Of a stretch of 64,000 nucleotides of DNA, positions 41,801-54,700 are shown piece by piece. The stretch covers positions 62,001 through 126,000 of the forward strand of contig NIVC01000345.1 of NCBI GenBank assembly GCA_002269645.1, given 5' to 3'. A model generated the notes under the pieces. That model saw nothing but the letters and a program-made list of their open reading frames with translations. It ran no database searches and had not been told where the DNA came from. Made by a program: the position numbers and the translations under genes. Every line of letters begins with the position of its first letter. Position 1 is the first letter of the stretch. This DNA comes from Macrostomum lignano. Taxonomy: Eukaryota.

Positions 41801-44800
41801 TTAAGATCAAAGCGCCAAATTTAAGATCAAAGCGCCAAATTTAAGATCAAGGCGCCAAATTTAAGATCAAAGCGCCAAATTTAAGATCAAGGCGCCAAAT
41901 TTAAGATCGAGGCACTAAATTTAAGATCAAGGCGCCAAATTTAAGATCAAAGCGCCAAATTTAAGATCGAAGCGCCAAATTTAAGATCAAGGCGCCAAAT
42001 TTAAGATCAAAGCGCCAAATTTAAGATCAAAGCGCCAAATTTAAGATCGAAGCGCCAAATTTAAGATCAAAGCGCCAAATTTAAGATCAAGGCGCCAAAT
42101 TTAAGATCAAGGCGCCAAATTTAAAATAGGGGTGCCCGATCTAAATTATAAAACAAGACGCCAACTCCGTAAGAACAACTTTAGGTGATTATTACAGATT
42201 GCCACCCTAAACCCGCTCTTTCGATTTGCTCAAGGTTGTGGTCTCCGAGGTGAAGAATTTGAAATGCGTGCCCGGCAACCGCATCGTCTACTGCACTATG
42301 GAGGTGGAGGGCGGCGAGAAACTGCAAACTGATCAAGCTGAGGCCTCCAGACCCATGTGGGACACGCAGGGCGATTTTTCAACATCGCATCCGTTACCAA
42401 TTGTTAAAGTGAAACTGTTCGCCGAAAATGCCAGAATGTTGAGCTTTGAGGATCGCGAATTGGGCAAGGTGAAGAGGTTTAAGGCGCAGTATTACGGATT
42501 TTTTGGGGGGATTAACGAAACGTAAAGGATTAGAGGGATGTACTTTAAAGTATGTTTTGTAGGAATAATTTGATGTACTGTCAAAGCGATTAAGAGGGTT
42601 TCTAAGAGGATCGCTCTCAAACAGATAAAGGTTATTCTCAAAAAAGTGGTTAAGGATTTTCTCAGGGATTATTGATCTTCTCAGAGGGATAACATACTCG
42701 TATTTTTCGAATGGATTAAAAGTGTTCTCAAAGGGATTAAAGGTGTTCTCAAAGGGATTAAAGGTGTTCTCAAAGGAATTAACGGTGTTCTCAACGGGAT
42801 TAAAGGTGTTCTCAACGGGATTGAGGGTGTTCTCAACGGGATTAAGAGTGTTCTCAACGGGATTAAAGGTGTTCTCAAAGGGATTAAAGGTGTTCTCAAA
42901 GGGATTAAAGGTGTTCTCAAAGGGATTAAGGGTGTTCTCAACAGGATTAAAGGTGTTCTCAAAATGATTGAGGGTGTTCCCAACGGGATTAAAGGTGTTC
43001 TCAAAGGGATTAAGGGTGTTCTCAAACGGGATTAAAGGTGTTCTCAAAGGGATTAAAGGTGTTCTCAAAGGAATTAAGGGTGTTCTCAACGGGATTAAAG
43101 GTGTTCTCAACGGGATTGAGGGTGTTCTCAACGGGATTAAAGGTGTTCTCAACGGGATTAAAGGTGTTCTCAAAGGAATTAAGGGTGTTCTCAACGGGAT
43201 TAAAGGTGTTCTCAACGGGATTAAAGGTGTTCTCAAAGGAATTAAGGGTGTTCTCAACGGGATTAAAGGTGTTCTCAACGCGACTAAAGGTGTTCTCAAA
43301 GGAATTAAGGGTGTTCTCAACGCGATTAAGGGTGTTCTCAACGGGATTAAAGGTGTTCTCAAAGGAATTAAGGGTGTTCTCAACGGGATTAAAGGTGTTC
43401 TCAACGGGATTAAAGGTGTTCTCAAAGGAATTAATGGTACTTTAAAAGTGTTAGGTGGTTGTGGAATAAAATGTTTATGGAATTTTAAATGGAATAAAAT
43501 GTTTTATAGGAGATTACATGCGTTTTAGAAGCATTGACAGATGCTACATTGTAATTAGAATGTACTTATAACTTGCATCAATGATTAAGCGCGGCCTGAT
43601 AAATGAATCGCGGCCACTTGTTTATCTGACTCTCCCCCGCCGCAGGTGCTGATCAGGCCCACCTGCACCACGGCAAAGGGTCCCGAGTGGTACCGCATGA
43701 CCACCAGCAAAGGCTGCCCGGATGATTTGCGCATCAAAATTGTTGTTCGAATGGAGAAGCCATCAAATTTGAAGCACTGCGGCTGGCTGTGGGCCGTGGG
43801 AAAATCTGTGTTTAAGAAGTGGAAAAAGCGCTACATGTGTCTCATTCAGGTAATGCGCTTGCCTTGGTAATGTATTGGTGTCTCAATTATAGTACACGTA
43901 AAATGGTTGTTGAGCTGTGGATATTGTGGTGCGTGTAACATTATATAACCATTACGGTATACAATGATCTATCATTGTTTCTGATTTGTACTGTGTACAG
44001 TGCTTTTATCTGTGTACTTACCTTTGATATTGTGCGTGTATGGTGTACAGTACTTTAATGTGTTAACTAACTTTTGAAATATGAAATATTTACAGTAGTT
44101 ACATAGAAAAGATTGTAATATAAACTGTACACTATAATGTAAACTGTACACTATAATGTAAACTGTACACTATAATATAAACTGTACACTATAATGTAAA
44201 CTGTACACTATAATATAAACTGTACAATATACTGTAAACTGTACACCATTATGTTAACTGTACACTATAATGTCAACTGTACACTATAATATAAACTGTA
44301 CAATATACTGTAAACTGTACACCATTATGTTAACTGTACACTATAATGTAAACTGTACACTATAATGTTAACTGTACACTATAATGTAAACTGTACACTA
44401 TAATGAAAACTGTACAATATACTGTAAACTGTACACTACAATGTAAACTTTACACTATAATGTTAACGGTACACTATAATGTAAACTGTACACTATAATG
44501 TTAACTGTACACTACAATGTAAACTGTACACTATAATGAAAACTGTACAATATACTGTAAACTGTACACTATAATTTAAACTGTACACTATAATGTAAAC
44601 TGTAAAATATACTGTAAACTGTACAATATACTGTAAACTGTACACCATTATGTAAACTGTACACTATAATGTAAACTGTATGCAGTGTTACTAATTTATA
44701 ATGCATATATAATGTGCTAGTTAAACTACTACAACAGTTACTACTGAGCAGCTAAATTTCAACAAACTCATTTGTTTATCTTCACCCAAAGGAGATGAAA

Positions 44801-47800
44801 AAGAAACAGTTTCTTAGCAAACTTAATTGGTAAGATTCCATATCTATAATTATCTTCATTGACTTTTAATTAATGGTTTAACATGTTTCCTTTGTATTAT
44901 TGATAAACTAGATGAATGAATGCTTTTTGTTAAACTTTTTTCATTGCACTTCGAGCGGAACGTTGACTTTGGTAGATTTAACACAACTTTTGAATATGAG
45001 AAATCATTTATAATTGCAAATAGCCCGTAAACTGATTGCGTATAGGACAATCTGAACTTTAATTATTAATTTTTATAAAATTTGATATCAAAACTGCAGC
45101 ATGCACTACTGTTCTATGATTGAAGATCATTTTTGCACGTGTAGCCACTATTAATAAATGAATCTTTCTCTCACATTGCAACAAATTTTTTAATTAGTAA
45201 AACTTTTTCATTAGTTTGCATTGCATCATTCTGAAAATGGTAATTTAAAATTGCTCTTGTACATGCTAAATTCTATTTGTAAACTTAGACAACTTATTAT
45301 TTTATACAATTTTTTGCCAACAATTTTGTTCGGTCTTTAGTAGCATTTATTAATTGATTCCTTTAATTTTTAATAGATAGAAGAGCTGGAAGAAAATATT
45401 CGATTTTTGTTACTATTATGCGCTATAAGTAGTATGGCTAGAATCTTACGCTGATATTTAAAATAAGTGAAACTAGAGGTTTCGTATCGTGTTTGTCAAC
45501 TGAGCGCCGAAATTTTAACATCTTTCTTAGAAAGGGCGATTTTTGGCTCCAAAATAGCATACTTTCAGGTTAGCGCCAAAACTGTATAGCGTCAGGCTGG
45601 CGCCAAAACTGTATGGCGTCAAGTTGGCGCTAAAACAGCATAACTTCAGATTAGCGCCAAAACATTGTACTCGTAGCGTCAGGCTAACGCCAAAACAGCA
45701 TAGCGTCAGGCTGGCGCCAAAACATTTTAGCGTCAGGTTGGCGCCAAAACATTTTAGCATCAGGCTGGCGCCGAAAAGGTGTAGCGTCAGGTTGGCGCCA
45801 AAATGTTATAGAGTCAGGTAGGCGCCAAAACAGTATACATGTAGTGTCAGGTTGGCGCCAAACAGTAGTATACATGTAGTGTCAGACTGGCGCCAAAACT
45901 TACTAGTCAGATTGGCGCCAAAACTTACTAGTCAGATTGGCGCCAAAACTTACTAGTCAGATTGGCGCCAAAACTTACTAGTCAGATTGGCGCCAAAACT
46001 TACTAGTCAGATTGGCGCCAAAACTTACTAGTCAGATTGGCGCCAAAACTTACTAGTCAGATTGGCGCCAAAACTTACTAGTCAGATTGGCGCCAAAACT
46101 TACTAGTCAGATTGGCGCCAAAACTTACTAGTCAGATTGGCGCCAAAGTTATAGTATCAGATTAGCGCTAAAATAGTGTAGTTTTTTATTATTCTGCACC
46201 AAAAGCAGAATTTCAATGCCCGACTGTCTTTAACTCGCCAGTTCGAATTTCTCAACCCCTCTGCAGGTCAGTCAGTACAATTTCGTCATGGCATCGTTTC
46301 GAGAGAAGAAATCCGAACCCATGGAGGTGACCACCTCGGCGACTACACCGTTGACTACCTGATCGAGACTCCACCTGAGCTGCTGGCCGAAGCTGCCAGC
46401 GGTAAATTCTGCTTCTTCAACACCGTACGAGAGGGAGATTGCGTCACCTACGCTAGCGAAGACGACACGGACAGGCAGTTGTGGGTGCAAGCAATCTACA
46501 GAGCTACTGGCCAGACTCACAAGCCTGTAGCTCCATCGCAACCGGCTGCTCAGAGGATCTCCAGCACCCAGATGCACAAGATGGCTGGCGAAGCTGATAA
46601 GGCGAAGCGAGCCGGTCTGGAGGAGTTCCTGCACGCTGACCCATGCCAGTGCGATCATGTGGCGCTGTTCCGCAGGCTGCAGGTTCTCACGTTAGACTAT
46701 CGATTGAACGATCCCTACACTAGTCTTGGTTGGTTTAGTCCCGGTCAAGTCTTTGTCCTAGACGAGTACTGCGCCAGGTACGGAGTTCGAGGCTGCCAGC
46801 GTCACGTGTTCTACATGGAAGATTTGTTAAACGCCGCCGATAAAGGATTTATGATTGATCCGACTTTGATTCATTATAGCTTCGCGTTCTGCGCCTCCCA
46901 CGTGCATGGCAATCGGTTAGTTATGTATATATTATGCTTGCTAACTACTGTCAGTAGCTGTCTAGGGCGGCAATTCGGCCAAGTTTACATCTGTGGCGCC
47001 AAACTCACCTCTGTGGCGCCCAAGTTCTCCTCTTTAGCGCCAAACTCACCTCTGTGGCGCCAAATTTACATCTGTGGCGCCAAACTCACCTCTGTGGCGC
47101 CAAACTCGCCTCTGTGGCACCAACTTCTCTTTAGCGCTAAACTCACCTCTGTGGCGCCAAATTTACATCTGTGGCGCCAAACTCACCTCTGTGGCGCCAA
47201 ATTTGCCTCTCTGTCGCCGAATTTATCTTTGTGGCGCTAAATTTACCTCTTTGGCGCCGAATTAAACTCTGTAGTGCCAAGTTCTCCTCTCTGCCAAGTT
47301 CTTCTCTGTGGCGCCAAAAACACTTATGCGGCGCTAAATAAACCTGAGGGACACTAAACTCACCTAAGGGCGCCAAAGTCACCCGAGAGGCGCCAAATTA
47401 TCTGAAGTTCTCTAATGAAACGGCAAAAAGCAGACTGATAAAACAAATCCAATTTCAAATTTTAGCCCGGACGGCATTGGCACGGTCCTCTACGACGAAC
47501 GAGTTCGATTCGAAGATGTCAAACGACGCCTAAAAGAGTTGTTGATGCGACAAATCACCGAATTCCGATATTATTTTCCTTTCGGCCGACCGGAGGGCGC
47601 GCTCAAAGGGACTTTGTCGCTGTTGGAAAGGGTGATTAACTGGGCTTGTTTTTTTATATAGCAAGTCTGCCGATATGTATCGAAAAATATCTTTATCAAT
47701 GTACATTTTTTAAAAACTAATACTAATACAAACAGGTGCTGATGAAGGACATTGTTACTCCGGTGGACGCCGACGAAGTGCGGAAAGTTGTGCGCAGCTG

Positions 47801-47883
47801 TCTTGAAGAGGCGGCCAGATTGAATTACAGCAGGATTGCCGACTTCTCCAATATTGAAGGTCTGTCTGTCTGTCTATCTGTCC

Positions 47884-47924
<41 letters not shown>

Positions 47925-47972
47925 CCTGTGTGTGTGTGTGTCTGTCTGTCTGTCTTTCTGTCTGTCTGTCTA

Positions 47973-48031
<59 letters not shown>

Positions 48032-48032
48032 T

Positions 48033-48073
<41 letters not shown>

Positions 48074-48125
48074 CTGTGTGTGTGTGTCTGTCTGTCTGTC
48101 TTTCTGTCTGTCTGTCTATCTGTCC

Positions 48126-48180
<55 letters not shown>

Positions 48181-48268
48181 CGTATGTCTGTGTGTGTCTG
48201 TCTGTGTGTGTCTGTCTGTCTGTGTGTGTGTGTGTGTCTGTCTGTCTTTCTGTCTGTCTGTCTGTCTA

Positions 48269-48309
<41 letters not shown>

Positions 48310-48356
48310 GTCGGTCTGTCTGTCTGTCTGTTTGTCTATCCGTCTGTCTGTGTGTT

Positions 48357-48425
<69 letters not shown>

Positions 48426-48482
48426 CTGTGTGTGTCTGTCTGTCTGTGTGTGTGCGTGTCTGTCTTTCTGTCTGTCTGTCTA

Positions 48483-48535
<53 letters not shown>

Positions 48536-48539
48536 GTCG

Positions 48540-48581
<42 letters not shown>

Positions 48582-48584
48582 TTA

Positions 48585-48625
<41 letters not shown>

Positions 48626-48626
48626 A

Positions 48627-48661
<35 letters not shown>

Positions 48662-48662
48662 A

Positions 48663-48707
<45 letters not shown>

Positions 48708-51700
48708 GTCTGTCTGTCTGTCTGTCTTAGTGTCTGTCCATCTGTCTTAGTTGTTCTGACAGTATTAACAACCATAGCCGCCATCTAATTGCCTCCAAAC
48801 CAATCCAGTATTGACCACCCAATTGTCGAGCCGGTCGCCCAGCATAAGGAGTGTTTATAACCCAAGTTAGTTGGTTCCAAATTCTCTCCGTTTATTGACT
48901 GTATTGACCACTATCAATATTCCATGGGGGAGATTCTTTGTTTACCTTGGTGTGGAAGGTTCTGGTTTTACTTTTAAATGTCCGTCATTAGTATCTCTTC
49001 TGTTTTAACATTTCACGCAAAATCTTTTTCACCTGTCGCAGAAATTGTCCAATCTGATGTTCCTACGGAGAAGAAGCTGGAGAGCATTGTACACCTAGCC
49101 GAGATGTGCATTGAAGTTTTGCAACAGAACGAGGAACATCATTCCGAGGTAATGTGGTGCTTTATTTACAAAACGAATTTTATTGACAAGAGAAACAATG
49201 AACTTTTGTGCAAAGAAGCTCACCCTCTAAATATAATTTGTCCTTTAATTTTTTCTCTCAAATTTTAGGAGTGCAGAGAGGTAAACGCGAAATCCTCCAC
49301 AAAATCTTTAATATTTCTTTTCTATTTTTTCTCTATTTTTGGATTATAGTGTGATATACATACTACTATATTACTACTGTTAATAATGTAAGACATGGTT
49401 ATTAGTCTATGGCCTTAACTGCATGCAATGTTTTGGTCAGTTATATGTCCATGGGGTCATTTCTAAACTGGTATTAAGACTCGCTGTTCATTATTGTCTA
49501 TGGCACATAATAGGGAATGCACGCTAGGCACGCTGGAAGTGTAAGTTGTCAAAATCAAAGTGTTAATTAATACCTAAATTGTCTATGGCAATCAAGAAGG
49601 CTCTTTCCCGTTTGCCATTCCCATATCTAGTTCGAGCCAACCGACAGACAGTAGTCTATGGTCTGAAACTAACCAATCACAAGACAGAATGGCCATAGAC
49701 ACTTTAACTGCTTCACATGTTACAGCCAAGGACAACTCAAGTGAAAGGACGGGAGACTAGCAACGTTTCTTACAGAAAGTTAAGGAGGCTGCTTTTCGCC
49801 GAAAAATACACTATGGCGATAGGAACTTCTCACGTTTTTCATAATAAAATTGTTATTGCTTTTGATGGGAGGAAGACCCTATGTTCATCTTTTGATATGT
49901 TGTGCCTTTCTTATGGCTCTATTGATATTTATAGGGAAAAACATATGATGAGCATAAGATCTGCCTTCTATCAAAAGCAATAACAATTTTAATATGAAAA
50001 AAACGTGAAAAGTTGTCCTTAATTACAACATTGAGCCCGGAATTCGCTTGCCCAACTTTCTCAAACTGTGTGCTCTCACGGACCCATTTTGTGTCATTAG
50101 ACAATTTACGAAAATCCTCAACGGATTGATTCTCAATTGCTCATTTGGCATGGAGAATACTATATTAAAGGATTAACGCAAATGTTTGTTATAAAGCATT
50201 TTAAAATCCTCAGATTTGTAGACCAATACTAAAGATAAAGATTATAATTTATGCGGAAAATTAGTTAACACAAGTTAGAAAGTATTAGTAAACATAAGAT
50301 ACTTTCTGCGCAGTGCTTTCACTCTATGTATATACTACTCACTTCAATCGCGCAAAAGTAGTCTACAATCTGTATATAACTTTTTGAGAGAAAACGTTTA
50401 ATTATGAGTGCAAATTTTTATACACTATTTCCTAGTAGTTTCTGGGCACTTCATTGCGCTATTTTTTCTAATTATTTCATATATGCAAACACTACTTCCT
50501 TGCAAGTCGATAGAAATGTCAATCAAGCTGATAGAAATGTCAATCAAGTTGATAAAATGTCAATCAAGTTGATAAAAATGTCAATCAAGTTGATAAAAAT
50601 GTCAATCAAGTTGATAAAATGTCAATCAAGTTGATAAAATGTCAATCAAGTTGATAAAATGTCAATCAAGTTGATAAAATGTCAATCAAGTTGATAAAAA
50701 TATCAATCAAACTAATAAAATGTCAATCAAACTAATAAAAATGTCAATCAAGCTGATAAAAATGTCAATCAAGCTGATAAAAATGTCAATCAAGCTGATA
50801 AAAATGTCAATCAAGTTGATAAAATGTCAATCAAGTTGATAAAATGTCAATCAAGTTGATAAAATGTCAATCAAATTGATAAAATGTCAATCAAGTTGAT
50901 AAAATGTCAATCAAGTTGATAAAATGTCAATCAAGTTGATAAAAATATCAATCAAACTAATAAAATGTCAATCAAACTAATAAAAATGTCAATCAAGCTG
51001 ATAAAAATGTCAATCAAGCTGATAAAAATGTCAATCAAGCTGATAAAAATGTCAATCAAGCTGATAAAAATGTCAATCAAGTTGATAAAATGTCAATCAA
51101 GTTGATAAAATGTCAATCAAGCTGATTAAAATGTCAATCAAGTTGATAAAAATGTCAATCAAGTTGATAAAATGTCAATCAAGTTGATAAAATGTCAATC
51201 AAGTTGATAAAAATGTCAATCAAGTTGATAAAATGTCAATCAAGTTGATAAAATGTCAATCAAGTTGATAAAAATGTCAATCAAGCTGATAAAAATGTCA
51301 ATCAAGTTGATAAAATGTCAATCAAACTAATAAAAATGTCAATCAAGTTGATAAAATGTCAATCAAGTTGATAAAATGTCAATCAAGTTGATAAAATGTC
51401 AATCAAGTTGATAAAAATGTCAATCAAGTTGATAAAATGTCAATCAAGTTGATAAAATGTCAATCAAGTTGATAAAAATGTCAATCAAGTTCATAAAAAT
51501 GTCAATCAAGTTGATAAAAATGTCAATCAAGTTGATAAAATGTCAATCAAGTTGATAAAAATGTCAATCAAGTTGATAAAATGTCAATCAAGTTGATAAA
51601 AATATCAATCAAACTAATAAAATGTCAATCAAACTAATAAAAATGTCAATCAAGCTGATAAAATGTCAATCAAGCTGATAAAATGTCAATCAAGCTGCTA

Positions 51701-54700
51701 AAAATGTCAATCAAGCTGATAAAAATATCAATCAAGTTGATAAAAATATCAATCAAACTAATAAAATGTCAATCAAACTGATAAAAATGTCAATCAAGCT
51801 GATAAAAATATCAATCAAACTAATAAAATGTCAATCAAACTAATAAAAATGTCAATCAAGCTGATAAAATGTCAATCAAGCTGATAAAAATGTCAATCAA
51901 GCTGATAAAAATGTCAATCAAGTTGATAAAATGTCAATCAAACTAATAAAAATGTCAATCAAGCTGATAAAAATGTCAATCAAGTTGATAGAAAAATCAA
52001 TCAAGCTGATAAAATGTCAATCAAGCTGATAAAAATGTCAATCAAACTCATAAAATGTCAATCCAACTGATAAAAATGTCAATCGAGCTGATAAAAACAT
52101 CTATCCAGTTGATAAAATCCAGTGATCCACTTAATTGGGCTTTTGATAACTTGATTAACTACCTGTGCATGCTAACAAATGAGTAGACTGAATCTTTTTC
52201 ATCTCGACAAAATAGCTATTTCTCTTTATTTTTTCCTAAATTAACAATCGCGCAAAAGAAGTAAAGATTTTTCATTAATTTGCAGAGTTTTATATTTATC
52301 AATGGAGATTTCATTCCCTTAAGTCCTAATGAGTTGAAGAGTGAGCTAAATTGGCCAGCTTATGAAACTTTACTAACAACTTCAATAAAATATTTCTATT
52401 CCTTTGTTTCAGGCATTCGCCTGGTTCTCAGACCTTCTAGTTGAGCACGCTGAAATATTCTGGGCCAAATTCGCGGTCGATATGCTCACGGTGCTTGAGA
52501 ACCAGCCGCCGGACGTGTGGGACTCGTTCCCTCTGTTCCAACTGCTCAATGACTACCTTAGATCTGATGGTGAGCCTTGCGGTGACTCATGCTGCACTCT
52601 ACTCTACTCTACTCCACTCTACTCCACTCTACTCCACTCTACTCTACTCCACTCTACTCTACTCTACTCCACTCTACTATACTTCCTCTACTCTATACTA
52701 CTCTACTCCACTCTACTCTATTCTACTCCACTCTACTCTAGTCTACTCCATTCTACTCCATTCTATTCCACTCTACTTCACTCTACTCTATTGTACTCCA
52801 TTCTACTCCATTCTACTCCACTCTACTCTACTCCACTCTACTCTACTCTACTCTACTCTACTCCACTCTACTCTACTCTACTCTACTCTACTCTACTCTA
52901 CTCTACTCCACTCTACTCTACTCTACTCTACTCTTCTCTACTCTACTCCACTCTACTCTACTCTACTCCACTCTACTCTACTCTACTCTACTCCACTCTA
53001 CTCTACTCTACTCTACTCCACTCTACTCTACTCTACTCTACTCCACTCTACTATACTTCCTCTACTCTATACTACTCTACTTTACAGTACTCCTCACTCT
53101 ACCTAAATTTACCCTAATTCTTCACCAACCCCAACAGCGAACCTTCGCAGCGGCAAATTCCACCAGCAGCTGCGCGACATCTTTGCTCCCCAAGTGGTTC
53201 GCTATGTGGACCTGATGGAGTCCTCCATCGCCCAGTCCATACACAAAGGCTTCGAGAAGGAGCGCTGGACTTTAAAGGGTGCCGGCTGCTCCAGCAGCGA
53301 AGACCTGCTGTGGAAACTGGAAGCTCTGCAGTCGTTCATCTCGGATCTGCACTGGCCAGACCCCGTGTTTGCTGAGCACCTGGACAACCGGCTCAAGCTC
53401 ATGGCTGCCGACATGCTTGAAGCGGCTGGCAAGAGGACCGTGTCCGCATTTGAGACCATCATGAAACGGACTAGCAAGAGTACAGATTTTCTGCTGCCTG
53501 TGGAAGTGTGCGTCATGTTGAATACATGCGTTAGTTTGAAGGCTAGCGTGTTTAAACTCTGCACCATGGGCGCTGGGGAGAATATGGTGAGTGACATTGT
53601 ACTTGGGAAATTGTGGATTAAACTGTTTTTTTACATTCCCGAATGAATTTAGGTGTCAAATGGTAGATTAACTTTTTAGTGAATTGTAGAGTGACAGTAT
53701 AACCGTGTAGAGTGACATTAAAAACTCGTAGAATGGCATAAACATGTAGTGACATTATAAACATGTGGAGTGACACTATAAACTCGTAGAATGACATCAA
53801 CATGTAGTGACACTATAAACATGTAAAGTGACACTATAAACATGTAGAGTGACATTATACACATGCGGAGTGACATTATAAACACGTTAGAGTGACATTA
53901 TAAACACGCTGGCGTGACACTATAAGCATGTAAAGTGACACTATAAACATGTAAAGTGACACTATAAACATGTAGAGTGACATTATAAACATGCGGAGTG
54001 ACATTATAAACTCGTAGAATGACATCAACATGTAGTGACACTATAAACATGTAAAGTGACACTATAAACATGTAAAGTGACACTATAAACATGTAAAGCG
54101 ACACTATAAACATGTAGAGTGACACTATAAACATGCGGAGTGACATTATAAACACGTTAGAGTGACATTATAAACACGTTGGAGTGACACTATAAACATG
54201 TGGAGTGACACTATAAACATGTGGAGTGACACTATAAACGTGGAGTGACACTATAAACATGTGGAGTGACACTATAAACATGTGGAGTGACACTATAAAC
54301 ATGTGGAGTGACACTATAAACATGTGGAGTGACACTATAAACATGTGGAGTGACACTATAAACATGTGGAGTGACACTATAAACATGTAGAGTGACATTA
54401 TACACATGCGGAGTGACATTATAAACACGTTGGAGTGACTCTATGAACATGTGGAGTGACACTATAAACATGTGGAGTGACACTATAAACATGTGGAGTG
54501 ACACTATAAACATGTGGAGTGACACTATAAACACGCACTCTCCATTCCCGCCTAGCAGCACGAGTACCACACCAAGACAGACGAATTCCTGGAAGGCATT
54601 CAATCGCGAATCACGGGCGGTATCATCACCCGCTTCGGCGAGGTGCTGGAAGGCCTCCTGGTCAGACTGGCTCGCTACGATGAGACCGCCATGTTCTCAA

